Shown one piece after another: positions 1 to 12,426 of a DNA stretch of 64,000 bases. Location: assembly GCF_009914755.1 (NCBI RefSeq), contig NC_060925.1. One strand, 5' to 3'. The stretch's first letter is position 1; every line of letters starts with the position of its first letter. The DNA comes from the human T2T-CHM13v2.0 reference genome, Homo sapiens. Position numbers and translations under genes: made by a program. The notes below the pieces were generated by a model. The model saw nothing but the letters and a program-made list of their open reading frames with translations. It was not told the DNA's origin and ran no database searches.

Positions 1-3000
1 ACACATGTAGGAGGCAGTGACCAGGGGTACTTGGAAATAGGTACCCTTTCCAATTTAGCTTTGTGAACATTTGTTCAATTTGGTAGTTTTTAAGCTAACT
101 AATAGCATTGTGGGCATTTTATTCTTGGATTTAAATTTGGGTAATTTCTGTAGGACGCTGAAATACCTTCTACCTAGACATAGAATTCAACTTTAAATAA
201 TCCTACTTTAAGTTGGTTCCTGGGATGAGGTACTTAGTAATACAGTATTGAAGTGGTAGATGGTGAAGTTACTTCCTGTGGTGGTGTTTCATTCATGTCT
301 CAGGTTGCAAAGTTATGTAAGTTGTTTACAGCAAAATACTAGTGAGGAAGAGTTCATTTGCCACTGCTAGAAGGTACAGACTCCCCGCATTTAGTATGAT
401 GACTATCTTTGGTCTTTTCTTGCAGCTGTCTTGTTTATAGAGTCAAATTATCTTATGTCTATCTAGGGTTAAATGTCACAGTCTCATGGGCAATGTAACA
501 AAGTTTGTATTTTGTGCTTTGTTAAAGAAAGCTAGTAGGTGATTACTTGCGGTTGAATCGGTATTTGGAGACTCATTAATGATTAATTGAAAACACACAC
601 AAGCACTTTTTTGGTAACCGCCTGCGCATAGCGTTCTTTTGGGGTTCAGATATTTAGCAGATACCCCCTTCCCTCTCCTAAAAATATACATTCATTTTAT
701 ATTGTGTTAGACTTAAAGTATATTTGAACAGAATATGAAGTTTATGATTCTTAAACTATTTGCATTTACATATGGTATAATTACTCTTAGGTCTCTGACG
801 GTAATAGATGTCCATTTTTTTTCATTAATACTCTTGTTTCTTTCTACTGTTTACAGGAATACTAACAAAATACCTTAACTGTCATCTCAAAAGTTAATGA
901 TAAATGTTAATAAACTTCATTATAAAACTGTTCGGTGATTTACAATTTGAAAATATTGGCAACCCATAGTACCTGGTACCTACGGTTTGGAACATATGGT
1001 GAATGGATTTATTTCAATACCTTCAGTGGCTCTTTTCTGAAAAAGTCCATTGAAAATCTTATGAGGCCTTTTTTGTACTTTTGCCTGTTTGTTTGTTTGT
1101 TTGTTTTGTTTTGCTTGCTTACTCCTAAATACTACCTCGTATTTGTCCACTTTTACTTTTGGGCACTTACAGCTTTTACCTTCATTTGGCATTGGGGCCA
1201 TTATGTTTCTATTGACCTAGTATTGTTCAGTTCCTTGGATGATCTCATCCTCATTACCTGGCAATCTCTGGCAAAGTTTCACACTTAAATTTTATAAATT
1301 GGGATATCACTTTCCTGAGAGTGTATTCCGTCTGCAACGTAAATGCAAGTTCTTTTGGGACAAGTGCCATAGTTTAAACGTAAATTATTCATTGACAGTA
1401 GCAAGCGTTGTGCAAACTATGCAGTGCTTTCTCAGTAAGTGCTCATTGAGTTGCCCTGTGTGCATGATGACCAGCTGTGTTATCTGGATGTGGAACATAG
1501 CGTTCTGCTATCTGTTTTCAGAAATGTCGCATATCCCTTCCAGGGCAGACCACTCATTGCCAAGGCATAAGGTCGAAAACTGCCCAGTGGGGTGGAAAGC
1601 AAAGGCAGTTGGTTAGCTGTTGGTGCTTTCTTTACTCTCTACGAGGATCTTTCAATGGCAGTGACCAGGACTTCATTCTGTTATTTGTTATAGAACAGGC
1701 AAGACATGAACCAACCCAGTCATATTCTGTACCAAACACATCTGTGGTCCATTCTGCTTTCCCCAGCTTTGGTTTCTTCATTTCACACGTCCAAGAGAAT
1801 TTTCTTAAGGATAACCATCTTATTAGAAATATGTCTAATTGATAATGAAATGTCTGTATTTAGCTATTTAACTTTGTTCTGGGTTCTCTCTGCTTACTTA
1901 ATGTGACTGCATTTCCCTGAGATGAATGCTGTGGGTTTTTGCAGTCTCTCCCCAACTTTGCCCCTCCCCTCTTAGATGAAGGTGCATCACTAGAGAACCT
2001 GCACCACTGTGTCTCCTACACTGTGTCAGGTAGACAGTACATGATTAGTAATGTGTGTGCAAAGCTTTCATGAATGCTTTTAAGAAGTTGAACTCTTAAT
2101 ATTTTGCTTAATTTCCACATGTTTAGGATAGGATTAATGTAGAGTTGAAATTAAGATAGCATCTTGGGAATTTTAGATAGGAATCGTTTGTGACCCAAAG
2201 TGAATAAAAATTGATATTACAAGCAGGCTTTTAATCCAGAAAATTTACTTATTCTGTCCAGACTGTGAACAGTTGTTTTGTTCTCACCAAAGGCAATTTT
2301 GGTGAAGTGTTCTTAGAAACAGTGTGTACAGGCTTCTGTAATTGTACAGGGGAGAGATCATAGAGATCCAGGGAACATCAAGATACTAATTCAACCTGTC
2401 CTCTTTGAAAAATTTGACCCCCTCCCCTGTAACTCAACAACCCCTCAAAGCTGTCGATGCAAAGTTGCAAAATAACAAAGGCTTCTGTATTAATTTCTGT
2501 GTTACAGCCTTCTGGGAAGAGAATGCTGGGAGAAAAAATATTTCTAAATGTATAATTGCATATATACACTTTTTAGGTTCTCCTTGTATTTTTAATGACC
2601 TAATACTAGAACATTTTGATAAGTTTAGTTCTTAAACAGAACTACCAAACACAAAAGCCAGCTGGAGGCAGCAAATGACTAGGTGGATGTTGAAGCTCAT
2701 GACTTCCTTTCAGTGGCCTCTTCTTTGTATACAGCTCCATGTTTATGTCCAGATGGACTGACTATATTGATAGGTTCCAGATAAACAATGGACACATTAG
2801 AAGAGGGGTGTTATCATCAAAAACTAACAACTGAAGAGTTAAAATATGAAACATATCTTTGTCATGTAGGATTGAAAACTATCATATTTTATTGAATCAA
2901 ATTTATGGCATGTTTCTCGTAAACCTAAATTTTATAATCCTGTCTGTTAAGTTGGTTGGCAAAGCCCAAATGTTTTCCCTTACATTCCTGAAACAAATTT

Positions 3001-3659
3001 ATAAAGTCAAAGAATCAGCCATATCATAGCAAATTTAGAGTGCCGTTTGATAATGAACGACCTAGTAGGTCATTAATCTTTTCTATGGGCAGTGTTTTTT
3101 TTCCTCATCAGCTGCCTAAAGTATTTGGGAAATTGTATCTTGTGGGAGTTGCCATTCATCAGGAAATGCTTGTTCATAGATCTAAGCCAGACCACATGTA
3201 GCAGTAAATGTTATTTATCACTATGGAAACCAAAAATCACAAATGGGATAGTCTAAGTGTTAAGCATTCTGCTTCCTATGGCAGTAAGTCATACCCAAAT
3301 TTGGTTCACTTCACTCAAATATTTGTGAGGCACTTAACGATTAAAGGGTTTGTAGGTACTTTGTTTAATGAATAAATTTCTCCTACACAAAGCTGAAAAC
3401 ATCATAAAGGGAAAAACTAGGAGGAAGAGTTGCCAGTTTATGTGGCTTATCAAGCTCATAATTGTAGACCCCTAAATTCGGAGGCAGAGGACTAGAGTTT
3501 TAGCTGTGGTGCTGCCAGAAGCTAGCTGTGTAGCTTTGAACTAGTTCTCTAACTTCTTTGGAACTCAGTTTTCTCATCTATAATGAGATGGAGTTGGATT
3601 CTATGACCTCGAAGTGTGAATCTGTTTTCCTTTATTATTCCTTGAGAAGTAAGAAACTA

Positions 3660-3661
<2 letters not shown>

Positions 3662-3699
<38 letters not shown>
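3662..3699. repeat. (TG)19 microsatellite
   Basis: Perfect dinucleotide run read directly. Confidence 0.97.
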
Positions 3700-3700
<1 letters not shown>

Positions 3701-4554
3701 TAAGTGGGGCATAATATTTGGATTCATTATGTCAGGAGTAGTGAAGTTTACTATTACCCTTCAGTGACTTTATCACCTAAAAAAAGAACAAAAACCCATG
3801 CTTAGTAAGGATAGGGTCCACATGTTGCCATTTATCTATGGATTCTGCCTTCCTCTCCACTCAGTATGTATTGACAAAGGATGTCATTATTATCTAGCAA
3901 TGATGAAGTATTGCAATAATCTGAATTGTAGATGTTGAATTGACTCGTAGCCAAAAGGTGGCATTTAAGGAGTATAATTGCTGTTCATAGATAAAAGTAA
4001 GAATAATGACTTAAGCAGTAATCCAAAAATGTTAAGAAGTTGGTGGAAGAAGAGGCTGGCTGAATTGATGAGTGAGAATGTTTATTCATAAATTCATTTA
4101 ATTCTTAGTTCTACTGAGACTTTACCATGATTGTCATTGCAGTAGTTCCTATACAGTGGGAATATGTTCCTATAATGGGAATTTGAATCATTCAGTGTTG
4201 CTGATCTGGTTGTATCTGGACGAGGCAACTTCTCTTACCTGTTGTCTCATTATTTAGTGGGGGGAATATCTATCCCATCCTTACTTCTCAAGAATAATAT
4301 GAGGATAAAAAAAACCTGTATAAAGCTACAAACCAATATTATTTTGTACAGGTTAAGTAGCCCGGTAGAATCTTTTGGAATTGATTGAAAATACAAATGC
4401 CTTTTTGACAGGCATTGCTGTTGGATTTTTTTTAACATGGGAGAAGTTTACTAGATTTCAAATTTTAAAATATGCATGGGATTGAAAGTTAGAAGCTCTG
4501 AAACATTTAACTATCTGGTCTTTACAAAATATCATAATAGGTGTCCATTAAATG

Positions 4555-4820
4555 TTCTTCATTCACTCATTCATTTATTTTATAGTTTTTGATCATTTGC
4601 TGAATGCCAAGCAGTGTTTTAGAAGCTAGATTATACAGTTGTGAATATAACAAAATCCTTATCCTTATGAAGACCATATAGTAGATGAGTCTGATAAGCA
4701 TGTGTTTCATGGATATCTATTAGATATCCTTTAATAAGTGCTAATAACAAAATTAAGCAAGATAAAGAGATAGGGCAATGAGAGAAGGGGGTGTTACATG
4801 GTCAGAGAAAGCCTTTCATA
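4555..4820 (-). mobile_element. L2 3'-end fragment
   Basis: ttcattcactcattcattt...tttgctgaatgccaagcagtgttttagaagctag resembles the reverse complement of the L2 3' end. Confidence 0.6.
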
Positions 4821-4934
4821 TACAACAGTGTAACTTCCACCTCTTTTAAGGTCTTCTTTATTTCTATATGTTGTCATCTGACACTGTACCCAACACATAG
4901 AAGGTGCTTATTAAATGTTTAAATGAAATTTTTA

Positions 4935-5110
4935 TTTATTTAACAAACACTTATAGAGGACTTACTCTATGCCAAGCAGTGTTCTAAGTGCCTTGCAAAT
5001 ATTATTTTATTTGATTTTCACAAGAACGCTTTGTATACTGTTTCATTTTATGAGGAAACTGAGGCACCAGGATGTTGAGGAACTTCCGCAAGGTCACAGC
5101 TAATAATGAA
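4935..5110 (-). mobile_element. MIR SINE
   Basis: cattttatgaggaaactgaggcac...aaggtcacagctaataa is the MIR core. Confidence 0.75.
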
Positions 5111-5494
5111 TGAATCAGTTTGTAAAGGAATTTAAAAAATAAAGATTCTTAAAGGTTCTTAGTGCCACCTCTTGCTTTCAGGAACACCAGATAGGGTGGG
5201 ACTCCATATTTTGGGATCATGTTGGGTAGGGAGCATGTCAGCCCCTGAGGTCCTTTTGAAAAGCTCCTAATACCTCTACCTCCCAGGCCAGGCAGATACC
5301 ACTCTTCTCCAGGCTTCCATCCACTCAGAGCTCTTTCCTGCTGGACCCGTTGGAAGCTTCGTCTGCTCTGCTGACACCTGGACTTTCCTGGGGCTGAGGT
5401 TAAGTGATAGCTTTTTCTCTGTGGTTGAGGAATTACAGCTACTAGAAAAGAATGTATCCTCTTCATCCATTCTCCTACCTACTATTTAAATGGC

Positions 5495-5655
5495 AAGTAG
5501 TGTTTTTATACTGTGGTCCACGGACCCCCAGGATTAAAACCACCGTGGGGCTCATTTACCATACAGATTCCTGGGCTCCACCTCAGACCCACTAAATCAG
5601 GCTTTGCAGATGGGGCCCAAAAATCTCTATTTTAAGCTTCTTAAAAACTACTGGG
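5495..5655. mobile_element. MER5A-like hAT-Charlie MITE
   Basis: cagattcctgggctccacctcagacccactaaatcag...gggcccaaaaatctctattttaa. Confidence 0.6.
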
Positions 5656-5861
5656 TTAGAGGATGTGCACTTCCCGTGTGAGGGGAAAGAGATGAAGAAA
5701 AGAGTTATATAAGACAGGTTTGTCTCCACAGAGAGTGCAGAGAGGTTCTGTAATTCTGATGGAATTCTTTCCCTGCCTGGTTAGAGCAGAGAGGTGGCAG
5801 GGTAGTGGGAGATCAGATATTAAGGGAAAATCCATGTGAAAACTCCAGAGTCATTTAGAAT

Positions 5862-6068
5862 AAGGGTTAGTTAACCGTGGTCTACAGGACAGCTGCCTGT
5901 TTCTGCAATAAAGTTTCTTTGGAACATAGCCACATTCATTGGTTTATGCATTGTCTGTGGATGCTTTGCACTACACTGATAGAGTCGAGTAGTTGTTACA
6001 AAGACTATACTGCCTCCAAAGCCTAAAATATTTAGCATTCGGTCCTTTATAGACAAAGTTTGTTGGAT
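5862..6068. mobile_element. MER58A hAT-Charlie MITE
   Basis: aataaagtttctttggaacatagccacattcatt...aaagcctaaaatatttagcattcggtcctttatagacaaagtttg matches MER58A motifs. Confidence 0.8.
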
Positions 6069-6108
6069 AGCTTACCAAATAACTACATGAAGATTGAAAA
6101 GTTTCTAT

Positions 6109-6286
6109 CTGCTCTCCAATTTGGTAGCCACTGGCCCTTGAAGTTTGGATAGTGAGCACATGAAGTGTGGAAAATGTGACCAGGTAACTGAAAGTTTCAT
6201 ATTATTTGGTTTTAATCAATTTTAAAAATTAATTTAAACCTCAATAGCCACATTTGGCTGATGGCTACCATGTTGGATAATGCAGA
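6109..6286. mobile_element. MER3 hAT-Charlie MITE
   Basis: ctgctctccaatttggtagccactggcc ... aatagccacatttggctgatggctaccatgttggataatgcag, with inverted termini. Confidence 0.75.
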
Positions 6287-6494
6287 ACTGCAGAACTAAA
6301 GTGAAGCTTTCAGATTGGGATTGGCTGTAAAATGTCAAATATGACAAGGGTCTGCTTTAGGCCTCTGGAAAGAGGGAGTCTAAGGAAAGGAACATCTAGA
6401 TAGGATATATTTTAGAAGAAACTTCAAACAGTTCTTTCTCTCTCTCTCTCTTTTTTTTTTTTTAAATTTGTGTTTATTAAGAGTTACTTGTAGG

Positions 6495-6690
6495 GATCCA
6501 GTTCTGCCACTTACAGCTTTTTGACCTTGGTCAAGTTACTTAGCTTCTCTCTGCCTCAATTTCCTCATTGGCAAAACAAGGATAATAACAGTACCTTTTA
6601 AAATTTTTATGAGCTTTAAGTGTGTATGTGCTTTAAAAATACCTTGCACATAGTAAAAGCTTTGTGAGTGTTTGCTGTTCTTAATTATTG
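6495..6690 (+). mobile_element. MIR SINE
   Basis: tctgccacttacagctttttgaccttggtcaagttacttagcttctctctgcctcaatttcctcatt. Confidence 0.75.
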
Positions 6691-6816
6691 TTATTATTAT
6701 TTCATGATTTTTTGTGGCCTAATCTAAGAAAATAATCCTTACATATTTGCCCCACTCCCCCTTTTCTGTTTTAAGGAAAGTGGATTCTGAATTTCAGAGT
6801 AATTTGTATATTAACC

Positions 6817-6866
6817 TGGCTAATGCAGCCTGTTCCTAAAACGTGGCTAATGCAGCCTGTTCCTAA
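6817..6866. repeat. Exact 23-bp tandem duplication
   Basis: TGGCTAATGCAGCCTGTTCCTAA at 6817-6839 and 6844-6866. Confidence 0.95.
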
Positions 6867-7858
6867 TTTAGGGACCAGCGGTGGTTCACCTCCTTCCACG
6901 CAGGTTTGTTACAGTTAACACGGTTGGGTCCAGCACGTGACATACATGGTATGGTATTGTCTAGGTTTTATTGATGGTCACTGTAAACTTTTATAGATAA
7001 CTGAAACTCTTCAAAAATAAACTAGGCATTTTTATTTAGAAGCAGACTGTTTCTTAGTGTTAGTTCTTGTTCCTAAGCAGGAATCATAGTAATATTTGAA
7101 AGGAAGTATGTTTCTATTTTATCTTGAGACGTGTCAGAATCTCCTAACATGAGTATGCTTGGTGCCTTCCCTTTTATAGAAGCTGAGCAGGACTGGCAGG
7201 AACTGTTTGAGAGGTGCGAGTTCCCTTTGTTTGTGTAAATGATAGCAGTGATAGAAATTGAAAAATGAAAGAAAATTCAGAATCATGTCACTATGGGTTT
7301 TTAAAATCCAGTGGCTATTTCTTAACTCTTTCATCTTCAGTATTTTTTACTAATTAGTTCCATAGACTTGCAGTGGATAAACAATATCACTTAAAAACCT
7401 CCCAGAAGCCAGTGAGTGCAGCTTCTTGAAAATCTGCTTCTAAGTTTTCTGAGACAGCAGTGATGTGAAAATACTTTATAGTGCCTAGATCTGTTATCCA
7501 AGGCTCGAACAGCAGAGTGTTCAGCAGGTATTATGTGCTCAACAGTTGCTCATCAAGCTGCCTTTTTGACCTGTAAGATGGCATTGCCAACACCTGTTGA
7601 TCAGTACATAATATGAGAAGAAAGCCCTTGGCTAGATGGCAAGAGGTATTTTCTTATGCAAGTAGTCCCATTCTCTAGGCCATATTGTTCTGTTGGTTGT
7701 CTTTTCTAATTCTGGATTGTGTTTGAATGTATCTGAGATGCATTGAACTTGCTTAGAGTTTCCATGGACTCATTGTACTTAGAGCAGAAGGAATGAGAAC
7801 ATGGTCAACTATTAATATCCTCTAGCTTGAAACTATCTACAGTCTGAAACTTTAGTCA

Positions 7859-8203
<345 letters not shown>

Positions 8204-9501
8204 GTCTCTAATGAGATGTGGCCCATGAAGGACTGGATTGCGCAGTAAGCACAGCTGTTTGGCTGCAGCCCCTATTTTTCTGTGCACATCCGTGCACCCC
8301 CCTGCTCTGTATCTCCCTGCTGCATTTGTCCGCTAGACTTTATCTATGCTTTTCTAGCACTCTTATCTACAGCCGTTGACACCCATTTGTATCTCTTCAG
8401 CTGAAAAAGAGTAAGCAATGAAAGAGTTTATCCTGCTATAAATTCAATGTCTGTTCTTCTCCTTTTGTTTGGGGATGCAGCTTGCAATTTAGAAGGTGGT
8501 TCCAATTATCAATTTCCTGGGGGTATAAACCTTATTAATATAAATTGCAGAGCTAGAATTAATGAGGAGAGCTTTTGAGCAGACCGACATCAGCTCACTG
8601 TAAGGAAACAATTGTTGAGAACTAGAGCCGTCCAGTAGTTTGCTACTGAAAGACCTTGGAAAAGCTCAGATGATTCTGGTAGAGATGTTGAAATGGATAG
8701 GAAGCTGGTGAGATGGTTTTTTATGTTGGGATATTGTATACTTCAAAGATATTATAACAAAAATACTTTCCTGGTAAATCTGTTGTGTTACCTTATGTAT
8801 GATATTGTGTATAAGAAACAATTTCTTTTTTCTTAAATCATAGGTGAATGAGACTATCAAATGTGGCACACTAGTAGACACCGTTGTTCTAATGATGCAT
8901 GTTGTATAATCATTTCTTCCCTACAAATTTATTTTAAAATTAATTAACAATTTACTAATTATAGTATACTTGGCTGTATTCAGTAGTTATTTGTTTGGGA
9001 CCTGCTGTACCCATCACAGTGTGCTAGCTTCATGAGGGATAAAAACATAAATATGGTGCTGCTTTTGCATTCTAATTGGAAAAAGAGACATGTAGGTTAG
9101 CTAGAATATAAATGAAACTATGAAATGTATTAAAATTGAATTACAAAAAGGTAAGTAGAAGCCATTTAATTCTTCCTGGAGCAATCTAGAGAGATAGTGT
9201 GGACTGAACTTCAAAAGAAGTAAGGTTGAAAGAGGCAAGGATAATAATTATTAACATTTATTTGGTATTTAGTTATGTGTGAGACATTTATCTATGTGCT
9301 TTGCATGTCTCTACGACGTTTGGTACTGTTACCCTCATATTACTGATTGGAAATTGGTTGGGGCAAGGAGGAAATTTGATATAGATGTGTAAGCAGGGAA
9401 TGTTGAGTAGTCTCGTGTAGCTGACTATAGAATTTGTGGGGACAGGGAACTGCATACGAGATGAGAAATGTAGACTGGAGTCAAATTATCTAATCCAAAA
9501 G

Positions 9502-10249
9502 AAAAATTTGACTTTCCAGATTCATTTCCAGGATCATCTGAGGCAAAGTGTTTAATGCAAAATACATTGGCATTGGAGTGATGAGCTTTAGATTTCAGTG
9601 CTAGACTGTAATAATGTGAAATCTCATTAGGTTGGACATTTGTCATAAATCAGAAAGAAGAGACCTAGGTTTGATTTTTTTTTTTTTTTGGCCTACCATT
9701 TACTTGCTGAGTGTTCTACATTCTGCAGAGATTTAGGTTCATTATCCATAACATGAGTAATAAAATTTCCCCATGAGTATGTGAAAGTTCCATGCTTGGT
9801 GCCTTATGTGTATATAGGAAGGATGTAATAAATATTAGTGGATCTAAATCAGAAAATAGAATTTAAAGCAGCAACTCTTGCCCAACCAGCTAGATACCCT
9901 TATATATATTTCCTTTGTATCACTCTTCAACCTTTTGAATTCAACACCTTATTTCTTCTTGCATGGACTGTTGTGCTAGTCTTTGAACTGATCTATTCAT
10001 TCTATTCCAAATACAGAATGTTAGATTAATTTTTTCAAGCACAACATGTTATTGCTAACATACGTATGTCACTGTATTACATAATACAGTGTACATATTA
10101 CATAATATATGTAATACATAATATATTTATTACATAATACATGTCACTAGCACTGGAATCTAAAGCTCATCACTCTAATGCCAATGTATTTTGCATTAAA
10201 CACTTTGCCTCAGATGATCCTAGAAATGACTCTGGAAAGTGAAATTTTT
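9502..10249. repeat. Long inverted repeat: 103-bp arms at 9502-9604 and 10147-10249, 542-bp spacer
   Basis: Direct comparison: 98 of 103 positions are reverse-complement identical, with no gaps. Confidence 0.97.
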
Positions 10250-12265
10250 GATGGCACTCCATTTCCTACAGAATGAAAAGCAAGTTCTTACCTATGGGCT
10301 CTTAACTATTCCATTATTAATCTCTTCTTTTTACTGGCCTATCTCATTTCCAGCTCCATTTCTATCCCTAATCCTCCCAGTTCAATGATTTCTCCTTTAT
10401 GGTTCTTTACATCTTTGGACATTTTTCATCCAGTCATCTATTCAGCCAACAGGAAGGCTGGTAAAAGTGGGAGTATGTGGAAATTCTCCTTCGATTGCAT
10501 ATTCTTTGGAAAATACAAAGTGCAAGGTTTTCCAGCTGAGGGTGGGGAGGAGATTTCTAAAGAAAGGAGAATGTATGAAATAGTCATCTAAAAAACGAAA
10601 GAATGATGGACTTGGGAAATATGCTAGGATTGCTAGGCTAAACTAAGGACCCCCCTGAGATTAGTGGTCATAAGTTTAAAACAGTACTTGTCAGTCAGCA
10701 TGGTGACTGATTTTCTCCAAACATGTTCAGCAGCCCAGGTACAGTTGCAGAGTAGGTGGAGATTTGGACTTAACAAAACTGTGGTTTGTCAGATGAGTAA
10801 GATGGAGAAAAGAAGAAGCAAGGGGAGCTATGGTGTAAGGAAGGAAGGAAGTGTTTATAGTAATAAGGCAAGTGGAAGGGAGAACCTAAGGGGGCTCAAG
10901 ACATGAATGGCCTGAAAAGGCATGATCATGCCTTTTCTTAGGCATGAATTGTGATTTCCATCCATTAACCTGGAACAGCCTCACTGAACTTCATTTTTAG
11001 CTTCTGTTTTTCATTTCCAAATTCATAGTTGAGTGGTCATTGGCCTGATGACCCTTGGCCCAGAACAGCAAGGCCATGCTGAGGGTGCCCCTGGCTATGA
11101 AGTAAGAGATGGAGTTGGCCCTGTTAACTTTAACTCTGCGAGCTGTTCATGAGTCTTCATCTGGAAGCAGTTTATCCATATCCACTGCCTTGGTGATGGA
11201 GTAGTGCACTGGGAGGGGCTGGGACTCCTGAGGCCCTGCTCAGCAGAGCAGCTGCCAGAGAGAGGAAGATAAGGCCTCACTGCCATCAGAGTTAGGACCA
11301 GGACCTATGTTTCTGGTTGTATGCTGCCTACGGAGCTTTTGGATGCACTCTGGGACAGGAGACTAGAAACTTTGGCAGTTGTTTGAGAAACAAGTTCCTG
11401 TAGAACAGTAGCTATGGCTATTTAGCATATGTTTGTTAGGTCCCCTTATGTGCTAAGCCCTGTGCTGTGCCCCAGGAACACAAAGGTGAATAAGGTAGAG
11501 ATATCCCTGCTGTCATGGTAATTTATTTCTTGCTTCCTACCATTCATTTGTTTCATTAGCTTTGCTGTTTAAGTACTACGTGCTGTGCACTGGACTGGCT
11601 ATTGGAATTTTAAAAATTAATATGAGTCTACTCAAGGGTAAGCAGATAAATTATAATACCTTTATATTTACTCTGTGAGATACACTGCAGGCGCTGTGAG
11701 TCCACAGATGGTAAATGCTGTGGGAGATAATGAATGCAGAAAAGGGCTCATCCCCTGCCCTCAGGGAGGTTATAGTCCATCTAGGAGAAGAAAACCACAG
11801 TACCTCCAGAAGCATATCCCGCTATTTAAATTTTTCACTGTTTCATTATTTGTATGTCAAACTCCAAGTGTTTTTGTATTCCCAGCAGAGTTCTGGCGCC
11901 AAAGTGCTAATAAATGTTGATTGAATTAATGGATAAATAACTGTGTATTGCAAGACAGAAATTGACATGTTGCTATAATAGAGAGTAGTTCTTTTAGAAA
12001 GTGTGACATTTGAGCCAGGCCTAGGAAACTAGATGGCCGTTCCATATGAGAAAAGAAGAGGCATGCCAAACACCAGAAATAGCCACTTGTTAGGCCCAGG
12101 AAACCACCTGGGGTTCTGGCTGGTAATGAGCCTAGGGCATATGGAGAAATGTGGAGAGATTAGGAGGGAGGACGAGGGCAGATAGTGGATGGGGCTTCAA
12201 CTGCCAGTCAAGGGAGTTTAGACTTTATTTAGCAGGTAGTAGAGTTTTTAAAGAGGAATTCCAGA

Positions 12266-12426
12266 GCTGGGCATGGTGATGCCTGCTTGTAGTCCTGGCT
12301 ACTGAGGAGGCTGAGACGGGAGGATCCCTTGAGGCCAGGAGTTTGAGGGTATAGTGCATGATCACGCCTGTGAATAGCCACTGCACTTTCACCGGGGCAG
12401 CTTAGTGAGACCCCCATCCCTCAAAA
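12266..12426 (+). mobile_element. FAM (fossil Alu monomer, 7SL-derived)
   Basis: Monomer containing gatcacgcctgtgaatagccactgcact, a segment found in FAM/7SL but not in dimeric Alu arms. Followed by a (TG)n run at about 12430-12458. Confidence 0.85.

Noticed and set aside
12266-12426. 7SL RNA gene
   Set aside because: It lacks the 7SL S-domain and is diverged; it fits a FAM monomer.
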